From Terriglobia bacterium (GTDB taxonomy: Bacteria > Acidobacteriota > Terriglobia > Acidiferrales > UBA7541), in assembly GCA_963695545.1 (NCBI GenBank), contig OY968796.1:2048001-2112000 (forward strand): 64,000 bases of DNA. The letters run 5' to 3'. The translations under genes were made by a program, and so were the position numbers. The notes under the pieces are model-generated. The model did not search any database. It had not been told where the DNA came from and was given only the letters and a program-made list of their open reading frames with translations. Below are positions 28,831 to 38,314 of the stretch, one piece after another (the first letter of the stretch is position 1; each line of letters opens with the position of its first letter).

Positions 28831-30183
28831 TTGATGCCCAGCCCGGCTGACCCACCCAACCCGCGCGTGCAGGCCGACGACGGCTTTCTTCAGTTACTCC
28901 TGGAGACCCTCGAAAGCCTGGAGAATCCCGCGCGCGCGCAATTCCTTCAGCGCTTTTTCAAAGCCATCGCTCAGGTTGAGTTGAGCGAATCGGTCAGTTC
29001 GGAATATTGGGAACGCATTCGCACGCGCATGCGAGAGACGAGCGAGATTCCGGGAAGTCCGGTTTCGTTCAAGCGCGCCATCATGGACGTGCTGATCAGT
29101 TCGGAATCGCTGCGCGTTCCGATTCTGATCGAATACGAGGAGCTCAAGAAATTACAGGTGAATGCCGCAACCGATCCGCTGACGGGTCTCTACAACCGGC
29201 GCCTGTTCGATGAATATTTCGACAAGGAACTGAATCGCTCCGCGCGCTACAACCACCGGCTTGGCCTGGTGGTTTTCGATATGCACGTTTTCAAGCAGAT
29301 CAACGACCGCTACGGCCATCCGCGCGGCGATCAATTGCTGCGCGCCGCGGCGCAAACGCTGCGCGAGTCGCTGCGAACTTCCGACTATGCGTTCCGAATC
29401 GGCGGAGACGAATTTGCGTTGCTGCTGCCCCAGACCGATGCCGAGCAAGCGCTCGCCCTCGCCCGGCGTCTGCGCGCCGCGTTCTCGGAGCAGATCGAGC
29501 CGATGCGCCTGGGCGTCGCGGTGGGTCTCGATTACGGCGTGGCAGTTTATCCCGAGGACGGCGGCCAGAAGGAATCGCTGCTGGGCGTCGCGGACGAACG
29601 TCTCTACCAGTGGAAGACCTATCGCCGCCCGGATCGGTCTGTTGAAGCAATGCGCTCCGCGCAGACCGGTGAAGCAATGCGCTCCGCGCAGACCGGTGAA
29701 GCAATGCGCTCCGCGCAGACCGGTGAAGCAATGCGCTCCGCGCAGACCGGTGAACCGACGCGCACGGCGCAGACCGGTGAAGCAACGCGCGCCAGACCGG
29801 CTGGAGACCAATCTACGGAACCGCCCGCGCCGCCGGCGGCGGCTTCAGCGGGGCGCAACGTACCCGCCGCGCCCGCGAAGCCCGTGGCGCCGCAAGATTC
29901 ACGCGAAACGATCGAAGAGCGCCGCAAATCGGAGCGCGTGGCGCTTTCCGGAACGACAGCCTATGCGCAATTGGCCGATGTGGCGGATCGCACTGCGCGC
30001 GTCGTGGATCTCAGCTCTGGTGGCGTCGCGCTCGAGATGGCGCGCCCCGAGGAGGTTGGCGCAACGTTCTCCGTCGTGCTGCACGTGCCCATTCTTCCTC
30101 CTGTGCGGGTGAGCCTGCGGCGAATCTATTTTCGCGCGGGGATTGGCGAAACGGCGCGGATCGGCTGCGCGTTCGTCACGTAG
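28831..30183 (+). CDS. Diguanylate cyclase with C-terminal PilZ domain
   Basis: DPLTGLYNRR, RTSD I-site five residues before GGDEF; C-terminal ERRKSER/DLSSGG. Confidence 0.93.
   Translation: MMPSPADPPNPRVQADDGFLQLLLETLESLENPARAQFLQRFFKAIAQVELSESVSSEYWERIRTRMRETSEIPGSPVSFKRAIMDVLISSESLRVPILIEYEELKKLQVNAATDPLTGLYNRRLFDEYFDKELNRSARYNHRLGLVVFDMHVFKQINDRYGHPRGDQLLRAAAQTLRESLRTSDYAFRIGGDEFALLLPQTDAEQALALARRLRAAFSEQIEPMRLGVAVGLDYGVAVYPEDGGQKESLLGVADERLYQWKTYRRPDRSVEAMRSAQTGEAMRSAQTGEAMRSAQTGEAMRSAQTGEPTRTAQTGEATRARPAGDQSTEPPAPPAAASAGRNVPAAPAKPVAPQDSRETIEERRKSERVALSGTTAYAQLADVADRTARVVDLSSGGVALEMARPEEVGATFSVVLHVPILPPVRVSLRRIYFRAGIGETARIGCAFVT
29644..29802 (+). repeat. In-frame 27-bp tandem repeat (4 perfect + 2 degenerate units)
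   Basis: GAAGCAATGCGCTCCGCGCAGACCGGT at 29644, 29671, 29698 and 29725; encodes EAMRSAQTG. Confidence 0.97.
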
Positions 30184-30194
30184 AGCAATCCGCG

Positions 30195-30755
30195 CTATTC
30201 GACTTCGCGCAGCTTCAGGCGGATCTGACGCGAACAATAAAGCAGGGCCTGCTGCACGCGTGCCAAGCCGAGTCCCCAACGCACGCGAGCTTGTTCGGCG
30301 GTCTCGGCGCGCGCCAGCAACGCGATTTTCAGGCAATGGCCTGATTTTGATTCGGCGGGGAATTCGCAGCCAGCGACGGCCAGTTCGCACGTAAGCGCTT
30401 CGGCCGGTTCGCGCAGAAGCAGTCCCGAGAGTTGTACGGCAAGATGCTCGTAGCGGTCGCGTTGATGGTTGAGCGTGGGATCGGCGAACACAAGGATCAC
30501 CGATGAGCCGAAGCCGGCGGGCGCGGGAGTTGCGGGCTGCGCCGGAGTTTCGCCGGCCTTTGCGGCAAAGCTTGCGAACAGGGACTCGGCTCCGTTGATG
30601 ATTTCAAGGAAGCGCCCGAGCGGAGGGTTCGCATCTGCCGCGCAAACTTGTTGGAAGGCCTGAGGCTGCTTGCGCAAATTCACGTAGCCTTCGGCAGGCG
30701 GGAAAACCTTGCGCTTGGACGGCCCCGCGCCGTCCACTTGGAGTTCGACACGCAC
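30195..30755 (-). CDS. Hypothetical protein
   Basis: Globular-looking C-terminal 186 aa of ORF 30195-31076; GTG start assumed. Confidence 0.6.
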   Translation of the reverse strand: MRVELQVDGAGPSKRKVFPPAEGYVNLRKQPQAFQQVCAADANPPLGRFLEIINGAESLFASFAAKAGETPAQPATPAPAGFGSSVILVFADPTLNHQRDRYEHLAVQLSGLLLREPAEALTCELAVAGCEFPAESKSGHCLKIALLARAETAEQARVRWGLGLARVQQALLYCSRQIRLKLREVE

Positions 30756-30934
30756 GGACGAGACGCTACACCGCGGCGCGCGCAGGCTCAAGCTCAAAAC
30801 GCGCCAAGGGGCCGGCGGCGCGACCTCTCGATCAAAGCGCCCGCGCGGATCGAGCGGCGATGCTCGCTTGCCGCGCGAACAAATTCTAAGGTACGCTGCG
30901 TGACTCGACGCGCGTGTCCACGGGGTGTTGGCGC

Positions 30935-31372
30935 ATGATCTGCCCGAAGTGTTCCGGCGAGGAATGCAGGCGATCCCATCGCGAAGATTCGCGCGATTTC
31001 GCTTTCGGCGTGACGGGCCTGCGCCCCTGGCGCTGCCGCGATTGCCAAGAGCGCTTTTACGCGTGGTCCGTGCCAATTGCGTACGTGCACTACGCGCATT
31101 GCCTGCGGTGCGGCAATCTCGCAGTGAAGCGCATCTCTCCCGATTACGTCGCGGGGTCCTTCGCGTGGTTGTTCCGCATCATGCGTTTGCCCGCCTATCG
31201 CTGCGCGCCGTGCCGCAACAAATTCTTTTCGATTCGCCGCCATCTTCGCGTGGTTCCGACGCCGCAAACGCCCGCGGTTCCCGGAACCGGATCGGCCCCT
31301 GCGCCGGCGAACGAATCGGCCCGCGACCTCGCGGCACGTCGCCTTGACGCCGCCAACGTGCGCAAGCTATAA
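30935..31372 (+). CDS. Double zinc-ribbon protein
   Basis: CPKC, CRDC, CLRC, CAPC with a repeated (W/Y)RCxxCxx(R/K)F pattern. Confidence 0.75.
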   Translation: MICPKCSGEECRRSHREDSRDFAFGVTGLRPWRCRDCQERFYAWSVPIAYVHYAHCLRCGNLAVKRISPDYVAGSFAWLFRIMRLPAYRCAPCRNKFFSIRRHLRVVPTPQTPAVPGTGSAPAPANESARDLAARRLDAANVRKL

Positions 31373-31400
31373 CCGATCGAAGCCGTCACGATTCTTCTGC

Positions 31401-31475
31401 GGCGATATCGTCTAAAGGTTAGGACGCGGCCCTCTCAAGGCCGAAATCCGGGTTCGAGTCCCGGTATCGCTACCA
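31401..31475 (+). tRNA. tRNA-Glu (CTC)
   Basis: Acceptor GGCGATA/TATCGCT-ACCA, anticodon arm CGGCC-CT-CTC-AA-GGCCG, GGTTCGAGTCC T-arm. Confidence 0.96.
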
Positions 31476-31496
31476 TTCAGCCGCCCGCTTCGGGTT

Positions 31497-32558
31497 CTAA
31501 TGACGAACGATCCATCCGCTGAGGCTGTCGATTATTTCGGGCGACTCGGCATTGGCCAGAAGGGAATGCTGCACATTGGGGTAGGAATCGTATTCTTTGT
31601 CTTGAGTGTCGAGAAGAGCGAACATCTTGCGCGCGCTGCCTTGCGAACCGACGCTGTCCAGGTCGCCTTTCATTACCAACGTTGGGACACGAACCATTGG
31701 CGCCACGGCAGTCCAGTGAGCCCTGTTGCGGCGAAGTTCCAGGATGTAATTCACGCTGATCTTGTCGTAAACGAGCGGATCGGGAAGCGCCGTGGACACG
31801 GATTCGACAGCTTGTTTGTCGTGGCTGGAGCCGCGGCCGACCAGATTGATATCCGGCCGGTCTCGCAAGAATAGTAAATCGGGCAGATAGAGCCACATCT
31901 TGAACTGCTCATATTGCTTCCGATTCACTCCGAACACGGGGGAGAGAAGAATGAGTCCGGAAATATCCTGTGGATTTTCTTTCGCGTAGTTCAGCGCAAA
32001 AATTGTGCCCATGCTTTCGCCCATCAAGAACAATTCCGCGTGGGGATATTTCTGCCGGATGGTTCCGAGCATGCTGCTGATGTCGCTGGTTTCCGTGGCG
32101 GGATCGGGAACGTTGCGCCGTTTGCCGCATGACAATCCGTGGCCGCGCGTATCGAGAGCATACACGGCGATGCCGGCTTTATTGAGTCGTACTGCGGTGG
32201 ATTTGTAGACTCCGCTGTGGAGTCCGATGCCGTGGAGCACGAGCACGACGTCCTTGGGCTGCGCATCGCCGGCCGGCATCCAATACCTGTAGAAGAGACA
32301 CGCCCCATCTGGGGACGCAGTGAATCCGTGCTTGTCGGACATCGCTTTCAGAATTGACGACTCGTCGCTGGGTGCGTCGGGATTGGCGGGTTCGGCCTCT
32401 GCGGCGCCGACGTCGGGCGGGCGGCTCGATCCTCGAAAACTAGATAGGGATTGGCTTGATAGCCTGGCGGCAAACAAACAGACGAGCAGCGCGACGACGC
32501 AAATCCGGCCACTTTTCACTGGAACTCCACTTCTGAATCCAAGGACGGGAGCTGGCAT
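31497..32558 (-). CDS. Alpha/beta hydrolase, lysophospholipase-like, probably exported
   Basis: LHGIG, DTRGHGLS, GESMG nucleophile, D and H; N-terminal hydrophobic stretch. Confidence 0.88.
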   Translation of the reverse strand: MPAPVLGFRSGVPVKSGRICVVALLVCLFAARLSSQSLSSFRGSSRPPDVGAAEAEPANPDAPSDESSILKAMSDKHGFTASPDGACLFYRYWMPAGDAQPKDVVLVLHGIGLHSGVYKSTAVRLNKAGIAVYALDTRGHGLSCGKRRNVPDPATETSDISSMLGTIRQKYPHAELFLMGESMGTIFALNYAKENPQDISGLILLSPVFGVNRKQYEQFKMWLYLPDLLFLRDRPDINLVGRGSSHDKQAVESVSTALPDPLVYDKISVNYILELRRNRAHWTAVAPMVRVPTLVMKGDLDSVGSQGSARKMFALLDTQDKEYDSYPNVQHSLLANAESPEIIDSLSGWIVRH

Positions 32559-32777
32559 CTAATACGTGTAAGCAGCGAACAGCATGCAATGTACGCCCGA
32601 ACCGAGTGCAAGTCACGCTCGAATTCGGCTTGGGCTGTGGCGTGTGCTGCAAGCGAAAACGGTTGAGGCGGTCGGCGCCGGCCCAGCGCGCCTCCAAGAT
32701 TCCGATGTACATGAAACCGGATTTATGAGACAATGGGTCTGCGTTTGTTGCTCTTGTATAACCTTTGGATTCGTTTA

Positions 32778-32811
32778 AAGGGGCTGCAAGTCCAAACTTG
32801 CGGCCCTTTTT
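32778..32811 (+). promoter_or_regulatory. Terminator-like hairpin in the csp leader
   Basis: 11-bp stem GGGCTGCAAGT/ACTTGCGGCCC then TTTTT, 60 nt before the csp start; TATAAC just upstream. Confidence 0.55.
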
Positions 32812-32870
32812 ACGTCAGGCCGAGGGCGCTCGAGAAGCACAAATAGCTTCAAAAAGAAAAGAGAAATCAA

Positions 32871-33077
32871 TTGGCAAAGGAACAAGGAACGGTAAAGTGG
32901 TTTAACGCGAGCAAGGGCTTCGGATTCATTCAGCGCCAGTCCGGCGAGGACGTTTTCGTCCACTTCTCCGCGATTCAGGCGGATGGGTATAAGTCGCTGA
33001 ACGAAGGGCAAGCTGTCGAATTCGAGGTTACCTCAGGCCCCAAGGGTCTCCAAGCATCGAACGTGACCAGCCTCTAG
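32871..33077 (+). CDS. Cold-shock protein (CspA family), second paralog
   Basis: TTG start; [22 protein letters not shown]; 68 aa. Confidence 0.97.
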   Translation: MAKEQGTVKWFNASKGFGFIQRQSGEDVFVHFSAIQADGYKSLNEGQAVEFEVTSGPKGLQASNVTSL

Positions 33078-33084
33078 CCTCGGT

Positions 33085-33122
33085 GGGCGAGCCGGCTTCA
33101 CGCCGGTTCGCCCCCTTTTTGT
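33085..33122 (+). terminator. Rho-independent terminator after csp
   Basis: GGGCGAGCCGGC/GCCGGTTCGCCC stem followed by TTTTT. Confidence 0.8.
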
Positions 33123-33172
33123 TGGCTCATCGTCCTGCTCGTAGCGGTCCGGGGGAAATCCGCAGGTGTCAG

Positions 33173-33496
33173 GTGAGTGATCCCATGATCGTCAAGTACG
33201 TTGGATTTGAGGCTAAGGCCCAAGTCCGTGAATACACGTTCGTCGTGCGGGGGGAAACGAGCGATCCGCTCGAATACACGATGAGCATTGCAAACGAAGC
33301 GTTCGAATCCCATCGAGCGCGGTATCAAGATGCGCCGGATATCTGTTCGCTGCGGCTACACCGCGAATTGGCATTGGTCCCGAACGATCCTCCGACAACG
33401 CACTTTAGCGTCACCGACGCGGAGCTGGCTGAGTATCACGAAGCGCGCAGGCCCAAGCCCTCGCGCAGCTTTCAACCACCGCATCGGGCCGATTGA
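33173..33496 (+). CDS. Small hypothetical protein
   Basis: MIVKYVGFE...REYTF...YQDAPDICSLRL; fills the csp-rpoD gap. Confidence 0.65.
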   Translation: MSDPMIVKYVGFEAKAQVREYTFVVRGETSDPLEYTMSIANEAFESHRARYQDAPDICSLRLHRELALVPNDPPTTHFSVTDAELAEYHEARRPKPSRSFQPPHRAD

Positions 33497-33544
33497 TCGG
33501 TCCGAAGCCGCTCTCGCGAATTCGCTCTGGACGGGGAGAATCTT

Positions 33545-35263
33545 GTGTCGCTGGCGATTGAAGAAAAATACGAGCAGGTCCGCAACCTTATCACGCTAGG
33601 CAAGGAACGCGGATATCTGCTCTACGACGATGTAAACAACATGCTTCCGCCGGAAATCCATTCGGCCGAGGACATGGAAGATCTGCTTTCGACCTTCGAG
33701 CGGTACGGCATCAGCATCTATGAAGACTTGTTCAGCGCGAAGGCCGCGCTGGCCGCCTCTGGGGAAGTTGAGGTCACCGAAGCGGAGCCCAAGGAAGAGA
33801 TCGCGCCTTCTGACGACGCGGAACTCGACCTGACGCCGGGCACGCTTTCGAAAACCGAAGATCCGGTCCGGCTATACCTGCGCGAAATGGGTTCGGCGCC
33901 GCTATTGAAGCGGCAGGGCGAAGTCGCGCTGGCGAAGCGCATCGAGCGCGGACAATTGATCGTGCTCAAGACGATTTCCCGCTCGCCCATCGTGCTCAAG
34001 AATCTTCTGGCCGCGGGCGAGGAGTTGCGCAAGGGCACGCGCTCGATCAAAGACATCGTCCAGTTCGATCAGGAAGAATTGACCGACGAGATTGTCGAAG
34101 AGCGCGCGCGCCAAACACTGCGCATCATCGGCAAGATCGAAAAACATTTTGACATCGGGCGCAAGCAGGCCGCGCGATTGCTGCGTACGCCGCGCCTGAA
34201 GGCGCGCGGCATGATGCGCGCCAAGCGCCAACTGGCGCGCACGCGAATCGAGATGTCGCTGCTGGTTCGCTCGATCGGATTCAATCCGCGCGAGCGCAAG
34301 CGTCTGATCGATATCGTGCGCCAAACCGTCGAGCGCCTGCACACGCTCGAGCGCGAAGCCATTCGCCTCGAACGCCGTGTGGACGCATCGCGCGGTGACG
34401 TGGCCGCTGGAGCGCGTGAGGAATTGCGCGCGCGCCGCGCCGAAATTCGCGAGATCGAAGAAGCCAGCGAGGTCGGTTTGACCGGCCTGAAGCGCACGCT
34501 CAACTTAATTCTTCGCGGCGAAGCCGAAGCCGAACAGGCCAAGAAAGAACTCACCGAAGCGAACCTTCGCTTGGTTGTGTCCATCGCCAAGAAATATACG
34601 TACCACGGCTTGCAGTTCCTGGACTTGATCCAGGAAGGCAACATCGGCCTGATGAAAGCCGCGGAAAAATTTGAGTGGCGGCGCGGCTACAAGTTTTCGA
34701 CCTACGCCACCTGGTGGATTCGCCAGGCCATCACGCGCGCGATCGCCGATCAGGCGCGCACCATCCGCGTTCCTGTGCACATGATCGAAACGATCAACAA
34801 ACAGGTGCGCACCAGCCGGCAACTCGTGCAGGAACTTGGCCGCGAGCCGACTTCGGAAGAAATCGCCAAGCGCATGAGCGTTCCGGTCGATCGCGTGCGC
34901 AAGATCAAGCAACTGGCGCAGCAGCCCATTTCTCTCGAAACGCCCATCGGCGAAGAAGAAGATTCGCACTTGGGCGATTTCATCGAGGACAAGGCCGTGG
35001 TGTCGCCCGCGGAAGCCGTGATCAGCTTGAACCTCAAGGAACAGACGGCTTCGATGCTCAAGACGCTGACTCCGCGCGAGGAGCGCATCATCAAGATGCG
35101 CTTTGGCCTCGACGGCGGCAACGAGCGCACGCTCGAAGAAGTCGGCCAGTCCTTCGCCGTCACGCGCGAGCGCATCCGTCAGATCGAAGCCAAGGCCCTG
35201 CGCAAGCTGCGCCATCCTTCGCGCTCGAGCAAGCTCCGCGTTTTCCTCGAAGGCTCGATGTGA
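33545..35263 (+). CDS. rpoD: RNA polymerase sigma factor, RpoD-type (probable secondary paralog)
   Basis: Region 1.1, [56 protein letters not shown]. Confidence 0.93.
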   Translation: MSLAIEEKYEQVRNLITLGKERGYLLYDDVNNMLPPEIHSAEDMEDLLSTFERYGISIYEDLFSAKAALAASGEVEVTEAEPKEEIAPSDDAELDLTPGTLSKTEDPVRLYLREMGSAPLLKRQGEVALAKRIERGQLIVLKTISRSPIVLKNLLAAGEELRKGTRSIKDIVQFDQEELTDEIVEERARQTLRIIGKIEKHFDIGRKQAARLLRTPRLKARGMMRAKRQLARTRIEMSLLVRSIGFNPRERKRLIDIVRQTVERLHTLEREAIRLERRVDASRGDVAAGAREELRARRAEIREIEEASEVGLTGLKRTLNLILRGEAEAEQAKKELTEANLRLVVSIAKKYTYHGLQFLDLIQEGNIGLMKAAEKFEWRRGYKFSTYATWWIRQAITRAIADQARTIRVPVHMIETINKQVRTSRQLVQELGREPTSEEIAKRMSVPVDRVRKIKQLAQQPISLETPIGEEEDSHLGDFIEDKAVVSPAEAVISLNLKEQTASMLKTLTPREERIIKMRFGLDGGNERTLEEVGQSFAVTRERIRQIEAKALRKLRHPSRSSKLRVFLEGSM

Positions 35264-35426
35264 GTACGCTGGCGTACACACTGGCGCTTGGCCGCTGTGC
35301 GCGAAGCGCATGCCTTCAAATAATGCTAGACTCCGGGGCAGTTCGAGGCTCGAAATAAATTACTTGGGACTGAAAGTCTTTAAGGCAAGGATCGTGAGAG
35401 TTGTGGCTCAGGCTTAAGGAGCGGAA

Positions 35427-35813
35427 ATGAAGAATCTGTTTGTCGGCAACATGAGTTTTCAGACCACCGAGAGCGATTTGCAAACGCTCTTTCAGCCGTT
35501 CGGTCAGGTGACGCGCATCCACATCGTTATGGACCGCGAGACTGGCCGCGCGCGCGGCTTCGCGTTCGTCGAAATGCCGAACGACGACGAAGCCACCAAG
35601 GCTATTGCCGCGCTCGACGGCAAGGATTTCGGTGGACGTAATCTGAAAGTGAACGAGGCGCGCCCCAAGACCGAAGGCAGCGGCAGAGGCCCGCGCAGCG
35701 GGAGCGGCGGCCCTGGCGGCAGCGGCGGTGGCGGCGGACGCGGTCGCGGCGGCGGATTCTCGAACGAGGATTACCGCGGCGCGGCGCGCGCACCGCGCGA
35801 ACCGCGCTGGTAA
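35427..35813 (+). CDS. RRM RNA-binding protein with Gly-rich tail
   Basis: LFVGNM (RNP2), RGFAFVEM (RNP1), LKVNEARP. Confidence 0.95.
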   Translation: MKNLFVGNMSFQTTESDLQTLFQPFGQVTRIHIVMDRETGRARGFAFVEMPNDDEATKAIAALDGKDFGGRNLKVNEARPKTEGSGRGPRSGSGGPGGSGGGGGRGRGGGFSNEDYRGAARAPREPRW

Positions 35814-35912
35814 CGGCGTCTAGCTTATTTTATTTGCCGGACGCGGCGCTTGCTCGTCCCGGCGTTTTCAGGTCGCGGCTGTGTCACGCCCATTCCGATA
35901 TAAGGAGGCCCG

Positions 35913-36110
35913 ATGGCTATCACATTTCAGAAGCGCCAAAAAGAAATGAAGCGCCTTGAAAAGGCGCGCGCGAAGGCCGAGCGCCGCGCGCAGAAAAAGG
36001 TCGCCAAGCGCGATGGAACAGACGTTTCAACGACCGACGAGCTGATTCCGCTCGAACCCTTGGATGGCCCGCTCGAACCGCTCGAGCCGTACGACCCGCC
36101 GCAAATCTAG
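35913..36110 (+). CDS. Small basic/acidic hypothetical protein
   Basis: AAGGAGG RBS; TFQKRQKEMKRLEK basic helix and acidic tail. Confidence 0.75.
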   Translation: MAITFQKRQKEMKRLEKARAKAERRAQKKVAKRDGTDVSTTDELIPLEPLDGPLEPLEPYDPPQI

Positions 36111-36206
36111 GCCGCTTCCGAGTGGTCGGTACACCAGTACCCATAATCGCCCATCGATACCACCTCTCGGGTATTGGTGTGTCCGCGAACGGCGAGACGT
36201 GAACGG

Positions 36207-36554
36207 CTAGCCCAGCGACGCTTCGGCCAGCTCGACGCTCGGGTACGAGGGCAGCAGCTTGCGCACGTTGGTCATGTCCATCAGAGCGTTGACGCGCTCG
36301 TTTGCGCCAGCCAGCAGAAACTTACGGCCGGCCTTTTGGCTGGAAAGCATCGCACCAACAATCGCGCCCAGCCCCGCCGAGTCCACGTAGGACACGCCGC
36401 TAAAATCCAGAATCAGCGCGGACGCAGTTTCGGCGCGCACCGCGGTCTGAAAACTGAAAAGCGTGTGAATGGTCAGCACGCCCGCTAGGCGAATCACTTG
36501 TTCGGCGTCTTTCGATCCCGGTTGGCTTAGAATTTCGAGGGTTTCGTTGATCAT
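36207..36554 (-). CDS. STAS anti-sigma factor antagonist (RsbV/SpoIIAA-like)
   Basis: LILDFSGVSYVDSAGLG with phosphorylatable Ser. Confidence 0.92.
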   Translation of the reverse strand: MINETLEILSQPGSKDAEQVIRLAGVLTIHTLFSFQTAVRAETASALILDFSGVSYVDSAGLGAIVGAMLSSQKAGRKFLLAGANERVNALMDMTNVRKLLPSYPSVELAEASLG

Positions 36555-36656
36555 GGGGCGCGATTCTAGCGGAAATCCCCCATGCCCCGCTGTTAAAATT
36601 CGGTTACATTCTCGCCGCTGGGAAGCGCGGCAGGACGCCGTTCTTCCCCCGCGATC

Positions 36657-37271
36657 CTAGGAACTCCCTTGAAACGCCATCGAGCCGATTCCGCTCGAAG
36701 CCTCAAGCCTCTGCCGCAAGTGCACACGCGTGCGGAAGATGCGCGACTTCACCATCTCCTCGGTGATGCCCATGGCGTCGGCCACTTCGCGATTGGTCCA
36801 CCCAGCCCCCTTGTGAAGCAGGAAGGCCTCTTTCAGCGACGGCGCCACGCCGCGGAAGGCCACCGCCACCAGATCCTTCGCGATGCAGGCGCGCTCGGGA
36901 CTCGGCCGTGCGTCGCGGATACGTGCAATTTCACTTTGTTCGTCCTCATCGGAGCGGGAAATTTCACGCCGCGTCGCGGCCAGCTCAGTCCGGCGCGACC
37001 GCAGCATCATCAGCCCCTCGTTTATTGCGATGCGCACAAGCCAAGTGGAGAATCGCGAGTTGCCCTCAAATTTTGCGAGGTTCACGTACGCTTTGCACAA
37101 AGCGTTCTGCAGGTTGTCCTTGGCGTCCTCGGGGTCTTTGAGAATTCGCAACGACATGCGATAGATCTGCTCGGAGTGTTTTTTGACCAGTTCTTCAAAC
37201 GCCTGATCGTTTCCCGATTGCGCTTCCGCAATCAGGGCTCGCTCGATATCCACGGATTCCTTGTCCGCCAC
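36657..37271 (-). CDS. ECF sigma factor
   Basis: AFEELV, FSTWLVRIAIN (region 2), EVADAMGITEEMVKSRIFR (region 4). Confidence 0.9.
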   Translation of the reverse strand: MADKESVDIERALIAEAQSGNDQAFEELVKKHSEQIYRMSLRILKDPEDAKDNLQNALCKAYVNLAKFEGNSRFSTWLVRIAINEGLMMLRSRRTELAATRREISRSDEDEQSEIARIRDARPSPERACIAKDLVAVAFRGVAPSLKEAFLLHKGAGWTNREVADAMGITEEMVKSRIFRTRVHLRQRLEASSGIGSMAFQGSS

Positions 37272-37583
37272 GGCACGCCCTCCCTGAACGATCGCTTTCC
37301 TACTGCTTCCTGCTCAACTAGGCCTTATCTGCCAGATTCAACTTCAACTGGTATACGGTGCGCGCCCAAAACGAACAATACTGGGGAGTCTGTAGCCTGT
37401 GACGTAGAGTCCTGTATGCGAAATGCCGATCATGAATGGAGACGGGACGCCTGAATCGGTCGGCTCTGGAAACGGTGTGTCGGAGGGAAACACCTTCGGC
37501 CAGTCTGCCCAACTCCGTACCGTGGGCGTGCAGCCCGAGAAATCTCGGTGCGCGGGAGCGATCGAGCGGGATCGGCAATCCAG

Positions 37584-37805
37584 CTAGCCTCCGCGCTTCC
37601 CGAGCGCGAGCACCGCAACGCCGCCGATCAGCGCAACGATGCCGATGACCGGCGGCAGTGGAATCGTATGATGGTGCTCCACGGTGGCTTGAATCGGCCC
37701 CATATCGAGGACCTTCTTGTGCGTGGTGTAGTCGATCCCCTGATATGCGAGCGAGATGACCCCGATCACGATCAGTACGATTCCGAGGATTGTGGCTCCC
37801 CTCAT
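37584..37805 (-). CDS. Small two-TM membrane protein (DUF3185-like)
   Basis: LGIVLIVIG...KVLDMGPIQAT...TIPLPP..G pattern. Confidence 0.75.
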   Translation of the reverse strand: MRGATILGIVLIVIGVISLAYQGIDYTTHKKVLDMGPIQATVEHHHTIPLPPVIGIVALIGGVAVLALGKRGG

Positions 37806-37857
37806 ACGCTCCGCAGTCCGGCGGCAGCCCGCATATCGCGCGAGCCGCGGGCGCGCC

Positions 37858-38022
37858 TCAAGCTCTTCGAGCCACGTGGCCGATCAAGCTGATCACGAAC
37901 AGAACCAGGAAGAAGAAAAACAAAATCTTCGCGATCCCTGCCATGGCCACGTAAATTCCCGTGAAGCCCAGGAGTCCCGCAAGAATCGCAACGACGAAGA
38001 AAACAATCGCCCATCGAAGCAT
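37858..38022 (-). CDS. DUF1328 (UPF0391/YtjA) small membrane protein
   Basis: Below the ORF-track cutoff: [62 protein letters not shown]. Confidence 0.9.
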   Translation of the reverse strand: MLRWAIVFFVVAILAGLLGFTGIYVAMAGIAKILFFFFLVLFVISLIGHVARRA

Positions 38023-38314
38023 GTCGACCTCCCACGGTCAGATTCCGATCTCGCCCGGTTCTGAAACTTGGATGTATCTCGCGTGCCGGCCGAAACTTTG
38101 CCGCTCAGGCTTTCGGCGACGCTACGAACCGCCTTCCGTTTTAGACCACACGCACACAAAGCTCCATCGGGGAGAAACGGTAGGCGGGGGCAATGCTTCC
38201 TGTAGGGCTCTGAGTGGCTCGAAAGACTTCCGGCGCATTGAATTTCGCACCGGGCCGCGCTTCTACGCAATCGCGCGCTTCCGGTAGCGCGCCCGTGCCG
38301 TCGCGAATGGAAAT

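Noticed and set aside
29644..29802. CRISPR array
   Set aside because: Units are contiguous with no spacers, in frame within a gene; no cas genes in the window.
31401..32558. Genomic island integrated at tRNA-Glu
   Set aside because: No integrase and no duplicate tRNA 3' end seen in the window.
36131..36180. Inverted repeat ACACCAGTACCC/GGGTATTGGTGT as terminator or sRNA
   Set aside because: 26-nt loop and no U-tract; single occurrence.
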